Of a stretch of 64,000 nt of DNA, positions 24,157 through 36,324 are shown in pieces. The position numbers and the translations under genes were made by a program. Source of the stretch: Chiloscyllium plagiosum (lineage: Eukaryota). Position 1 is the first letter of the stretch. The number at the start of each line of letters is the position of its first letter. The notes beneath the pieces are model-generated. The model had not been told where the DNA came from and searched no databases. It saw only the letters and a list, made by a program, of their open reading frames with translations. The stretch spans positions 81,831,549 through 81,895,548 of the forward strand of contig NC_057711.1 of assembly GCF_004010195.1 (NCBI RefSeq), written 5' to 3'.

Positions 24157-25230
24157 AATCAATTAAAAGATCTGGAATTAAGAGTCTAATGGTGACCATG
24201 AATCCATCATCAGTTGGATTTTTTTTTAATGATTAGGGAATTTGAATTTAATAAAAAGCCTAAAGAGGACCATAAACCATTGTTGACGGTCATTAAAACC
24301 TGTCTGGTTTACTAATATCCTTCACAGAAGAAAAATTACTTGCCTTAGCTATCTGGTTTACATGTGACTCCAGCCACACAGCAATGTGATTGACTTTTAA
24401 CTACGCTCTGAAAATGGCCTAGCAAGCAACTCAATTATATCAACCACTAGATCATCTTAAAAAGGGAAGAAAGCAGACAGACTACCTGGCAAAAATAAGC
24501 CACTGGAAAGGTCAACAGCAAACTCAGTCCCATCAACTCTACAAAGTCATCTGTACCAAAACTGAGAGCGCTGTCCCCAGACAAGTCAGAAACAGCCTGA
24601 TAATGTCATTTTTACAGTATGAATACTGGCCCACCAACAGGACAGACCCAGCAAAGGTGTGCACAATGGTAAACACTCAGGAAAGAATTGCCCTGGGAGT
24701 GTTGAACATTTACTCTGGGCTCCAAGTCGTCCCATAGAATCAGGTCAATTATGGACAAGGAAACTTCCTACTGATTACCACGTATTTCCCTCCCTCCCTC
24801 AACTAATGAATCAATACTCATCTATGTTGAGTACTAACAGGAGGGATTAATAAAGTTGGCAAGGGCACAGAATGTACTCTGGGTGGGTGACTTCAAATGT
24901 CCCTCACAAAGAATGGCTTGGCAGCACCACTCCTGACCAAACTCATGAAATCCTAAAGGATGTAGCTGCGAGACTGGGATTGCAGAAGATGAAGGAACCA
25001 ACAAGAGGGGAAAATATATTTTGACTAATCCTGTCTAATATGCTAGCCACAGATGTACATGTCCATGACAGCATGAACAATTTACCAACTTTCAGTTCTT
25101 ATGGAGACCAAGTCCCTCCATCATGTTGTGTAGCATCACCATTCTGTTAAATGGAATAGACTTGAAACAGATTTGGCAACTCAAGATTTGACATGAGACA
25201 CTACAGGACATCAGCAGCAGAATTCTACCT
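24157..25230 (+). mobile_element. LINE family B 5' region: SINE-like leader running into APE endonuclease remnant (head probably begins at ~20232-20300, resumes at 26388-26670)
   Basis: SINE core (CATGTGACTCCAG, TGGCCTAGCAAGC) then KQPDNVIFT (~24590) and NVLWVGDF..EWLGSTT (~24870-24930). Confidence 0.65.
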
Positions 25231-26387
25231 CTACTGCACTTGTCTGTTTCTCTGACACACCTAAGTATTTGAATATCTCCCTTACAATCCTTACTTTTGT
25301 CCTTGGTTAAACCCAAATCTAATGTATTTGCTAATTCTAAAAGTATGGCCTTTTCTTTCCTTCTATACTTTCTTGGCAAATTTGAGAATCATCTTCAAAT
25401 CCCAGAATGTCTTTAGCAATTTTAAGAGCCATTTCTCTCACTTTTAATTTAATCAACCACAAGTCACCCAAATTAAACAAACTGTCTGACCTACATTTTA
25501 GTTAAAGATCTAGGACACTAACCTGCAAGTGTTTAAATCTGCTGGGAAATTTTGTACACAAACTTATTCAAATCTGTATAAACCAGTTCAAATCACAGAC
25601 CTGTGCCTCCAAACTGTTACGACACAGGATAAACTCTCCTGCTTAATTTAAAATCAGCAACATTGAAAAAATTTATCTGTGCAGTAATCTGTAAAAATCG
25701 AATGGCCAAGAACTATTTAAAGTAAAAATTAACAACTTTATTTCTTAAAGTATAACAGGGAATAATTAACTAACCACTATTTACAATTTCTTTCCCTAAC
25801 CGGTCTTTTAGTTTCCCTTCTATAATATTAGTCTGATAACATGGCCAATTAAAATTTACAAAACAAAACTTGTGTGGACTTGTTGGGCCGAAGGGCCTGT
25901 TTCCACACTGTAAGTAATCTAATCTAAAAACTTCTTATCTCAAAACCAGGCAGCTGTAGGTTTTTGTCTTCAGATCTTCCTGTGTCTTCTTTTCTCCTTG
26001 TTAGGAATTTCTGTGTTACAGGTTACTGATCAAAAAGGGACTTTTAAGAAAGATATTTTTTCAAGCAGTCTCTTACATGCTAGGGTGTGGCAGATCTCCT
26101 CTCAACTGTTCAATTTTCCCCGGTCTTATATTCTGAGCATCGGATTGTGTTATTGGCTTTTAAGATTGTCAATATACTCAATTCAAACTTGATTGGGGTT
26201 TGTTATGTTTCAGGTATAATTTTAAACTGATTGGCCAAATTTAAATTTGGCCAAAGTCTTCAAGCAATGAACTAATTGAGTGGTTCGACCCAGTGTTACA
26301 TTGTTACCATTTTTGAGTACACTTGGTGATGGGTCTGGTAGTTCTGCTGCTTTTAACTCTCAAAGTTATACCCACCTCTTCATAACA
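25230..26387 (-). mobile_element. Gypsy-type LTR retrotransposon fragment: LTR (26387-25615), PBS-like site, start of gag
   Basis: LTR TGTTATGA...TCGTAACA, then GTTTGGAGGC; ATG at ~25433 gives MALKIAKDILGFEDDSQIC/..KAILLELANTLDLGL (frameshifted gag N-terminus); SINE tail fragment inside at 25871-25926. Confidence 0.7.
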
Positions 26388-26946
26388 GTATAGCATCATC
26401 ATTGTGTTACATGGAATAGACTTGAGACAGATTTGGCAACTCAAGACTTGACATGAGGTACTACAGGACGTCAGCAGCAGAATTGTACACAACCTGTAAC
26501 CTTATGGCCCAGTACATCTCCCACTCTACCACTATCAAAACCAGAGAATCAATCCTGGTTCAATGAAGAACGTAGGGACACATGCGAGGAGCAGCACCAG
26601 CCATACCTAAAAATGAGGCAAAGACATGGTGAAGCTATGTATACCAACAGTAGAAGCTATAAGCCATAGCTTAAAAACGCATTTACTCAAACAGCTCCCA
26701 ATGTCCTTCGTGTAAACATCTGAAAACAATACAAGTAAATCCTTACAATAAATACTATTACCAAACCATTTCTCAAAAGAAAGGGTGAAAACTTTAAAGT
26801 TTTGACATTAAAGTCTTATTCAGTTCCGGCCTCCTGAACGGTAACCATCTTGATAAAGTGCCATTCAAACTAGCCTTGGGTTAGTTTGCTAACCTTAGGA
26901 AAACTTTTGCAGCATTCAAAGAATTGGGCTCACAATTGGGTTTTTT

Positions 26947-27266
26947 GATTAGATTAGATTAGATTACTTACAGTGTGGAAACAGGCCCTTCGGCCCAACA
27001 AGTCTACACCGCCCCGCCAAAGCGCAACCCACCCATACCCCTACATTTACCCTTTACCTAACACTACGGGCAATTTAGCATGGCCAATTCACCTGACCTG
27101 CACATCTTTGGACTGTGGGAGGAAACCGGAGCACCCGGAGGAAACCCACGCAGACACAGGGAGAACGTGCAAACTCCACACAGTCAGTCGCCTGAGGCGG
27201 GAATTGAACCCGGGTCTCTGGCGCTGTGAGGCAGCAGTGCTAACTACTGTGCCACCGTGCCGCCCA
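26947..27266 (-). mobile_element. HE1-like V-SINE, full length, young
   Basis: A-box TGGCACAGTAG, B-box GGTTCAATTCC, V core and (TAATC)n tail on minus strand; CpGs retained. Confidence 0.9.
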
Positions 27267-28104
27267 TAACTGGGTTGTAGGAGTCCAGTTCAAGGGACAA
27301 CAGGATATTCAGAAATTCTAACATCCACCTCCATAAAAAGTGGAGATGGGTACATTCTGGCAGATTAGAGTACATTTCAGGCACCTGACAGGTACAAATA
27401 CCAGTTCAAACCCAAACACATTGTGGGAAGATTAATATATAGGTTCAGCTAAAAGAAATCCTAAATATCTTGAAAACATTATAGATAGTTTATTTTAAGG
27501 TGATTTTAAGATTGATTTTATTTTTCTTCTCTACTGAAGTAATTTCAAAGTGTTAACTCAATTTCTCATGAGAGTGACAGTGTACCATTCTAGCTCCTCA
27601 GCTTCAAACTGCATCAGCATTTACTTTATATGCAGCTACACAGGTGAAATAAAAACAAAGTGTCATGTTATAACAATTGAGTTCATTAATGTTCATAAGT
27701 AACATCAAATTTGAAAGCAAGTCTTTAGGGTGATTCAATTGCTTTTGCAAAACCAGTATATGTACAGGACTAAAGTCAGATGAAGTGAGAATTTATCAAT
27801 TGTAGTCACCAACTCTTGAAACTCAAACATATACTTGTGTCATTTGTGGTCACTCAGTAACACACATGACCCAACATTCTTCCATCAAAAGCTGTGAAAC
27901 ACTTCTCATTTTGAGAACAAAATTGCTAACAAGTATCTCTCAGCCCATTCTCACCTTACAGTGTTAGCAAAGATCACTTGACAATGAAATCAGACCAAGC
28001 TCCAGGTGTTTTGTTTCTTAAATGTAATCTGTTCCATCAAACTGAATGATGCAGAATTTTAGTTCATTTGCAGAACAGGTGATCTCAGCAAAGAAATTGT
28101 ACAA

Positions 28105-28560
28105 TATTGGTTTATAAGAATGGCTTTATGGATGAGAAACTTTAGTTTATGAGAGGAGATTGGAGAAATTGGGACAGTTTTCCTTGGAGAGGAGAAGGTT
28201 GAGAGGAGAATTTGCAGAAGTTTTCAAAGTCATAAGGGCTCTTGACAATGTAGATAGTTGAGGAGAAACAGTTCCCAATTATAAGAGGATCAAGAACCCT
28301 TGGGAACAAATGTAAAGTGTTTTACAAAATAAACAAACGCAAGGGAAAAAAAATCTTTTGTACACTGCAAGTAGCTAGATTCTGGAATGCCTTGTCTGGA
28401 AGTGTGATGCAGACTTAATTAAGGTTTTCATGAGGAGATTATATAATTATTTAAATAGAAATGATGTGTAGGTCTATTGGAAAAAAGGGAGGAGATTGAC
28501 ACCAAGACAAAGTGCTCAGAGTGCTGGTGCAGACACAATGAGTTGAACATTCTCCTTCTG
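28105..28560 (+). mobile_element. Old CR1 3' fragment
   Basis: Decayed LFSLERRRLRG/WNAL-coding sequence and 3' UTR. Confidence 0.7.
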
Positions 28561-28691
28561 TCAATATTAGTCAATGATAGTTATCCAAGCTTGAGGAACT
28601 CAGGTGCATGCAAGAGCAGAGGTGATAAATTTAAGGCAGAAATCAAACAACTTGAGACTCAGTATTAATCAAGTGTAACCAAATACTATAC

Positions 28692-28812
28692 CTTGGCTTT
28701 AATGCTCCATATGCATAAGATGACCATGCAATGCTGGATTTCTCCCAGCACCTTTTATATTGATTCAAACGTGATTGGATACTTGCCCGCCTTCTGGGCT
28801 TTACATCTGCAT
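28692..28812 (-). CDS. Internal coding exon of unidentified zinc-ribbon protein gene
   Basis: atttttaag acceptor, gtatag donor, 121 nt, phase 1 in / phase 2 out; reads (D)ADVKPRRRASIQSRLNQYKRCWEKSSIAWSSYAYGALKP(R). Confidence 0.85.
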
Positions 28813-29019
28813 CTTAAAAATAAAATAGATTTTTGATTTATGTTTTAAATTTAAGAGTCTGGTTCAGATATCCTGCATTGAAATTATGATGTTAAAAAAT
28901 GACAGAATTTTAATTAACAAATCTGATTACATAGTAGTGTTTTGTTATTTTCCCAGAAACACATTTTCTCAGCATACGCCCAAGACTCTTGGCTGGATAG
29001 ATACTTAGAGACACTGGCA

Positions 29020-29325
29020 GGATCATCTAGAAATTAGGGGCATAGCCTTAGGATAAGGGGCTGATAATTTAGGACTAAGTGCCGAAAACTTTCCTCACTG
29101 AAAGAATTGCGAATGTTTGGAATAGTCTACCCCAGTAGCAGAAGGTTCTGGATACATTACCATTGAATGTAAAAAGAAACCAAGGTAGACAGATTTTTGG
29201 CCTCTCAGGGAACCAAGGGATAAGGTGACTTGGCTGGAAAGTGGAAGTGAGGCCACTGATTAACTATGATCATACTGAATTGCAGAGTTGGCTCCAGGTC
29301 TATCATGGTCTACTCCCGCTTCTAT
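29020..29325 (+). mobile_element. Old CR1 3' fragment
   Basis: Decayed SRTRGHSL/WNSLP-coding sequence and 3' UTR. Confidence 0.65.
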
Positions 29326-29994
29326 TTTTTAAATATTCTTAAGAAATAAAGTAATTGGAACATAGGAAGGCTATTAAGCTCTTCAATTTCACTTTCCACT
29401 TACTCAGCTTAATAAAGGAAGGATGTTCTTTTGTTTACCCATTATTCCTCATGAACACCTAACCCAGATCGTCAAGTACAATAACACAATATCGATCCAT
29501 ATTTGCAGCTCCATTATTCAATATTAGGTCAGTAGTTTTTCAGCAGAGAGATTCCTTTGATTGCAGCAGGACAGATTCCACAAAGTGCATCTCTGCAGTT
29601 AATCCAGCAACCTACAAATGCCATGGAGTTTTCACTACAACATTCTTAAAATGGATATATATATACAGTATTTCACTCAGACATTTAAATAGTCTGACAT
29701 CATGCCCATGATGAATTAAGTCATGACGAACAAAAAGGCATTCAAAAAAAAAGTTTATCATTTATGAATATAAAACTTAACGCACCATCTCCTGCACTGA
29801 CTGTAGCTGCCTTAAGAAATGAAATCAAATGGAATTCATTGCCATCCTCAGCTTTTCCTAATTCTTAGAATCTTAATGCTAATAAAGCTAAAATTAGTCA
29901 TTTTTGTTCAAAATCCATTCTAGACACTTCAGCACAAAATGCAGGCTGGCATTTTAGCTGAGGAAGTGATGTACTATCGAAGCGTAGTGTCTAG

Positions 29995-30435
29995 GGCAGG
30001 CAATTGAATAGTGATATTGTTACTGGACTAGTTAACCAGGTACACATGTTCTTTGGTTCAAATCCCACCAGAATAGAAGATAAAATTGATTGCAATAAAC
30101 ACAACTGGATTTAAAAGCCTAATGATGACGAATAAAACATTGTTGATGTGGTTGACTAATGTTCTTTAGGAAGGAAACAAAAGGAATTTTGTCATGTTGA
30201 CTCTGAATTGCCCCGTGGAATGGCCTAGCAAGCCACTCAGTTGCACCAGAACTGCTAAAAGACCTGAAAGGAATGAAACCAGACAGATCACCCAAAATCA
30301 ACCTTGACTTTGGAAATGTTAACAGCAAACCTCGCCCTGCTGACCCTGCTTAGTCTTCCTTACCAACATCTGGTGGCTTGTGCTAAAATTGGGAGAGTTG
30401 TCTCAGAGTAGTCATACTTGTAGGATCATACCTTG
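29995..30435 (+). mobile_element. LINE family B 5' end: tRNA-like head plus start of APE endonuclease
   Basis: B-box GGTTCAAATCC 30055-30065, SINE core, then LTNIWWLVLKLGELS (30359-30403). Confidence 0.6.
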
Positions 30436-30714
30436 GAACCAGTGTTCCCTCTAATTTTCTTTCCAGCTGCACAGATCTCCTGAGCTCTTTGCATAGCACC
30501 AACTGCCATTCATGCTACATAAGTGCCAGATATTGAGCATTTCTACTTGACATTCAAAGGCATCATGATAGTTGTACAACTATGAAGATCCTATTGCTCA
30601 GCATTAAACAGAAACCAAAGTGGTTTGCAGTAGTCATATAAATACAGTGACTAAAAGAACAGCTGAAAAGGCTTGAAATTGCATAGCAAGTAACATGCTT
30701 CTGAATCCCCAAAC

Positions 30715-31240
30715 CCTATCCACCATCTACATGACACAAGTCAGGAGAGTAATAGCATAGTCTCCTCTTGTCTGGATGAGTGCAGCTCCAACTACACAAG
30801 AAGCTTGACACCACCCAGGACAAAACAGCATGCTTGTCTAAAACCACATTCACTCCCTCCACCACTGACACCCAGTAGCAGTAGTGTACACTATCTAATG
30901 ACACACTGTAGATATTCACCAAATCTCCTCAGAGAGCACTTATCAATCCACAACGAATAACATCAAAAAAGACAAGGGTACCAGAATAATGGGAATACCA
31001 TCACCTGCAAGGTTCCTTCTAAGCCACTTGCGATTCTGATTTGCAAATATATCACCATTCATTACTGGGGCTGAGTCAAACCCCTGACAACACCTCTCTA
31101 ACAGAACTGTGGCTATATTTACACCAAATAGACTGCGGCACAATTCAATAAAGTTAGCTCACCAGTTTGCATTCTCAAAAAGCGATTATGGATGGGCAAT
31201 AAAGCTTCTCTGCCAGTGAAGCCCACATTCCCTGAACAAA
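30715..31240 (+). mobile_element. LINE family B 3' fragment
   Basis: Same 3' block as 12170-12680 and 36325-37035, tail GGATGGGCAATAAA..GCCCACATTCC. Confidence 0.7.
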
Positions 31241-32458
31241 TTTTTACAATTATTTCTCATGAAATGATTGGCTCTCTCAAATGCATATAAAAAGTCCCAC
31301 TCTATTAATCCAACTGTAGAATAGTCTCTGAGCATCCAAAACAATATTTATCTGACACCTAGCATAAGTGAAACTAGGTATTTGGTCACTAACATCATTG
31401 TTTGTCAGGTTGCATTCAAATTAGCTGTTGCCTTCTCCTACATTTCAAAAACAGCTCATTTGAAATGAAGTGCTGCTGGGATTTCTGGAAGTTATGAAAT
31501 ACCATTTGAACATTCCTGAAAAGAAAAATGTTACTGTGGCTTTTTATCCTATTCATCAGGTAAGGCTTATTGAATGTGAAATCATATTCCCAAGCATGAG
31601 CTTGTGCCTCTGGTTAATTTGTCCAGTGACATTATCAGTTTGCCACCTTCTCCCCCTCCTACTACTTTTACAAACAATTGATGGAATTCAGAACAAACAC
31701 AATTTACACCTAATACACAAAAGATCCTAGCACTGGTTTTGATCCACACTTAACAACAATTATACGACCGTGTAAACAAACATCATAGATCATTTCATCA
31801 TTCTTAATTTGCGGTTTCTGAGATCTTGTGCACATACTGGGTGCCACAGTTTCCAGCATAACAGCAGCAGAGACACTTCAAGGTATTTAATTGGCTGGAA
31901 GTGCTTTGGGACATCCTAAAAATGAGAAGATACACTCTTTCTTTTGTGAGAATAGATAACAAAGATGTTTTCACTTAGCTTATCTACACACTTATACTAT
32001 GTAACCAGCTCTGATATTTGAGCGAACAGGTGGAATAACAGAACAAAGTTCCAGAACCTTTTTCAAATGATTTGAGCGCTGAACTGTCTGTCAAAGTACA
32101 CCCTTGGCTGCTTACCCATAACGTGAACCTGAACTGCACTGTGCATTTACTTTATCAAACTCAGCAACTCCAGAACCTTGCAAGCCCTGATGCATACACT
32201 GCACTGCAAGAATGCAGTCTGAGATATCCTGTCAGGACTGGCTCAAGTTAACATGGCTATATAATGCATTATTCTTTGATAAAATCTATTTGGGAAATCA
32301 CAAATCTGAGTAGTTTCATGAATATAATCATTCAATATTTACATCTTGAACTTTCAAAATGTAAATATCAGTTTAGTATGTAACAGAGCAAAGTATATAC
32401 ATAGAATTTGCAAGAAACAAGGGGAAAAAAGATGAATTGTGAACTATTTAATAATTAC

Positions 32459-35072
32459 CTTTAGAAGTTATTTTTTTGTTTTCACCCTCTGTAGAAATTT
32501 TTTTTGCCTGCTCAGATCCAATACTACGCTTCAAAAATACTCTTTGTTCAATGTTTTTGGCTGTTTCTACATGGTTTATTTGCTGAATATCTTTCCTCTC
32601 TAGAGTACAATGTAATACTGAAGCTTCTGGTGCAATACAGATTTCTTCTGACCATAATGCTCCTATGTCTGGCTTAATCATAGGCATGCCTTCAGAGTCT
32701 TGCCCATCGTCAAATTGGTTTTTGTCAGGAAAGCCAGAGAAACATGCAGATGCTTTGAATGAGACAGTATTATATTTTGCCATTTCCTGTTTCCCACAAC
32801 AGTTAATGGTTTCATCCACTTCTTTCTGATTTCCATTTTCTTTTACTAAAAGCACATCTGTTGGCTGCTGTTCTTTAGCTTGATGTTGACCTCGAATTTT
32901 CTGTAGGTGTTCCATATACAGAAGATATTTATCATAAGTATTCAGATGAGGATCACTGGTCTTTGAGGAAACTATGGAATATTTCCAACTATTTATTTGG
33001 TCAGAGTCCACAGTGTCAGAATATTCATTTGAACCAGCAATTGCTTTTGCTAGCAACATGTCTGATTTATTTTGCATAGAACTATCTCTGTGATTCCATG
33101 ATGATATTTCATCAACATTACTGGCGATTGAATTAAACTGCGGTGTTATTCCAATCAGAACACATCCACATTCCATGCACCAGTTATCAGTTGAACAATT
33201 ACCACTTGCACATGTTGGGCAGAATTTGACCAGATTACTTACAGGAGAGAGAGATTCAGTATATTCATCCATGATTTGGTCTTTCTCTCCTCCATTAGTC
33301 TGCTCTGTTATAAATCGTGGATTGGATTCTTGAGAGTAACTGGAATCAGAGGATAATAGCAAAGAGGATGGAGATGACATCAAAGTACTAGGTGGCTGAT
33401 AATCAATTATTTTTTGCCTTATTTCATTTTCATCATGATTATGGTTTGTTTCTTTTTTTAATGGATCACTTCTCAAAGCTAGAAGATTTTGAGTCACTCT
33501 TTTGTCCAATATTTTGCCACTGACACATTTTGGACACACTGATGAATTCAAAAGCAATGCTTCACTTCCGTTTGTAAAATTTAAATTTCTAGATTCTTCA
33601 GAGAACTGTTCAACCCACAGTCCTTCTTGGAAATTACTGACTATTTTTGTTCCTTCACTTACGTCATTTGCTGATGTTGCTTCATTTGGGATTACAGTTG
33701 TTCCTTTGCATATGGTTGAAAGATCTAGTTTTGGAATAGCTGGTTGAGATTCAAATCTAGCATTTTCAAGATTTAATAAAACTTCAGTGAATCCTGCAGT
33801 TGCTGAATCTTCTGTTGACACCTTATGATTACCAGCTGATAAATATTCTTTTGACTCAAGAAGCTCCCATGTAAAATTACATTTTTCGTTGTCACAAAGA
33901 CTTGATGCGCTGTGTTCTGTGGTGTTCAGTTGATTAATTGATTCAGGACTTGTTAATTGATTGGAGGTGTAACAACATGCTGCAGACAACTTTTTGAGTG
34001 TTATTGCTCTAGTTGACTCCATTCTTTCACTACTTCCACTGACATTATCTTCATCTGAGTTGCTTTCAAGAGGAGACCAGAAGTATTTATCCCGATTTAG
34101 TGCACTCATATCACCAATCATAAAATGGTGGTTTTTATTTGCCAGCAATTCTAATGGAGTTTCAGGCACTTTACCTTCTTCTACACCTCTAATTTTCCAG
34201 TTATTCTTTGAAGCATTATCTCCATGTGCATTTTCTTCTTCAGAAAAAAATCCTTTCCAAGAATTATCAAAAGTATGACCCTTGCTTGAAAAATCAGAAT
34301 CTGTTGAATTATGTTGTTCGTCAACCAGTCTTGTAACTAAGGAGGAATTCTGAACTAATGTCCTACGAGTTCTTAATAAGTCAAGTGAGCTACAGCTATC
34401 AGAAGATCTGGAAGCATCTGCAGAGTAATGAGACCCACCCAATCTTTCAGTGGAAGAGTTGGTGTGGATACTTTGATCAGTATCCTGAGAATAATGAAAA
34501 GTACTTGACTGTTTAGTTTCAGAATCTATGTGGCTCACAAAATCTTTTTCATTTAATGCACAAGTGTTTTGAAATATTGGGATGGTCATATCTTTCTCAC
34601 TATTTTTTAGGATTTTCTGAGCCCAGCTTAGAATATGCCTGAGCTTTTGGATCTCTGATACAGTTGGATTTTGCAGCAAATTATAGTCTGGTTTTGGCAA
34701 GCAAATAATTGCTTTGTCATTCCTAGAGAGTGCCAATGATGGTTCTAAATCACTATGATGGTCCTTTTCTTTATCCTGAATTCTTGTATGTTGAACTGAT
34801 TCATTACAACCAAATATTTTTATTTTGTCCTCAGCATTTGGCAAATTTTCTTTTGGTGGATAACTCACGTTATGTTCAAAACTTTCTTGTATGTCAATAG
34901 CTTCTGAACTGCTATCAGCTGCAGATATATTTGTGCAGTCATGATTAGGGCCTACAAAGTAAGCCAAACGTTTTGCTCGAAGTGTCTTCAGTTCGCGTGT
35001 GCGAGGAGTGTCTGTTTTTAGGATGGTCTCAGCATTTAAATGCTTTGATGTTCTTGTAGCTGTAAACATATT
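32459..35072 (-). CDS. 2614-nt internal coding exon; Ser/Asn/Glu-rich, largely disordered, with zinc ribbon
   Basis: Lies within the 901-aa stop-free ORF; acceptor catatattgcag|AAT (phase 0), donor AAAG|gtaatt (phase 1); FCPTCASGNCSTDNWCMECGC at ~33160-33225 and half-site VCPKC at ~33525-33540; not repeat-like. Confidence 0.92.
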
Positions 35073-35229
35073 CTGCAATATATGAGAAATAATATTATTG
35101 CATATGGTAAATAATAACAAGAATACACAGAGGGAGGTAAGTATTAATAACAAATACCACTCCTAGTTGTTTGAATGCTCAATTGCGATATGCCCATCTC
35201 TAGCTGACCCAGTTTTTATTGTTTATCTC

Positions 35230-36320
35230 TAGTTTACCCTGAGATGGTGAACCACTGGAGTCCATGTGCTGTAGGCTGACCCAGAATGTCGTTAGAGAAG
35301 GAATTGCAGGACTTTGACCCAATGACACTCAAGTAATGGTGATATATTTCTAAATCAACAAGGTGGCTTGGATGATAGCTTGTACGTCGTGGTGCTCCAT
35401 GTATCTACTGCCCTTGTCCTTCAAGATGGAAGTGGCCGTAGGTTTGTAAGATGCTGTCTGAGGAGTCTTGGTGAATTTCTGCAGTGCATCTTCTAGATGG
35501 CACATACTTCTGCTACTGAGTGTGGTTAGTGGAGGGAGTGCATGTGGTGCCAATCAAGTGGGCTGCATTGTCCTTGATGGTGTCAAGGTTCTGGAGTGTT
35601 GTCTGTATGAATACAACTCCAACAAGTGGGGTGTGTTCCATTACAGACCTGGCTTGTGCCTTTTAGATGGTGGAGACACACTGGGCAGTCAGGAAGTGAG
35701 TTACTCAATGCAGTAATCTCAGCCTTGACATTCTATTGTAACAAATACATTTTTCTGACTAGTCCAGTTGAGCTTCTGGTAAACAGGAAACCCCCAGGAT
35801 GTTGATAGTGGAGGACTCCAATAATGGTAATACCATTGAATGTCAAGGGGCAATGGCTTCATTGGCACTTATTTTAGATGCCATTGCCTGGGGAATTTAT
35901 GTCACATGAATGTTACTTGCCACTTGTCAGACCAAGCCTGGACATTTTCCAGGACTTGCTGCATTTGGACTTGGAATGATTTAGTATCTGAGGAATCACA
36001 AATGCAGATGAACATGGTGCAATCATTGCTATTTCTAACCTTACAATGGAGGGAAAGTCATTACTGAAGCAACTGAAGTTGGTTGAGCCCAGGACTGTAC
36101 CTTGAGGAACTCCTGCAGAGATGTTCTGGAGATGAGATGACAGACCCTCCAGCAATCACAACCATTTTCCTACATGCCAGGTATGACTCTAATCAAGCAG
36201 AGTGTTTTCCCCCTGATTTTCATTGATTCCAGTTTTCATAAGACTCTTTGATGTCACACTCTGTCAAATGCAGGTTTGAAGTCAAGAGATTTCACTTTCA
36301 TCTCACCAGCTGAATTCCAT
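35230..36320 (-). mobile_element. LINE family B RT and 3' fragment
   Basis: ISAGVPQGTVLGSTNFSCFSNDFPSIVR RT motif and family 3' block. Confidence 0.75.
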
Positions 36321-36324
36321 CATC

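Noticed and set aside
20299..24199. Long ORFs of 176-521 aa (also 38123-38769, 47404-48301)
   Set aside because: Length comes from N runs; real parts are CR1 or Penelope remnants.
27955..28085. Candidate exon after 28692
   Set aside because: Stop after eight codons in the needed phase; exon 2751-2836 fits cleanly.
35073..35153. Hydrophobic signal-peptide-like start of the 901-aa ORF
   Set aside because: Non-ATG start; it is intronic pyrimidine-rich sequence upstream of the acceptor at 35073-35074.
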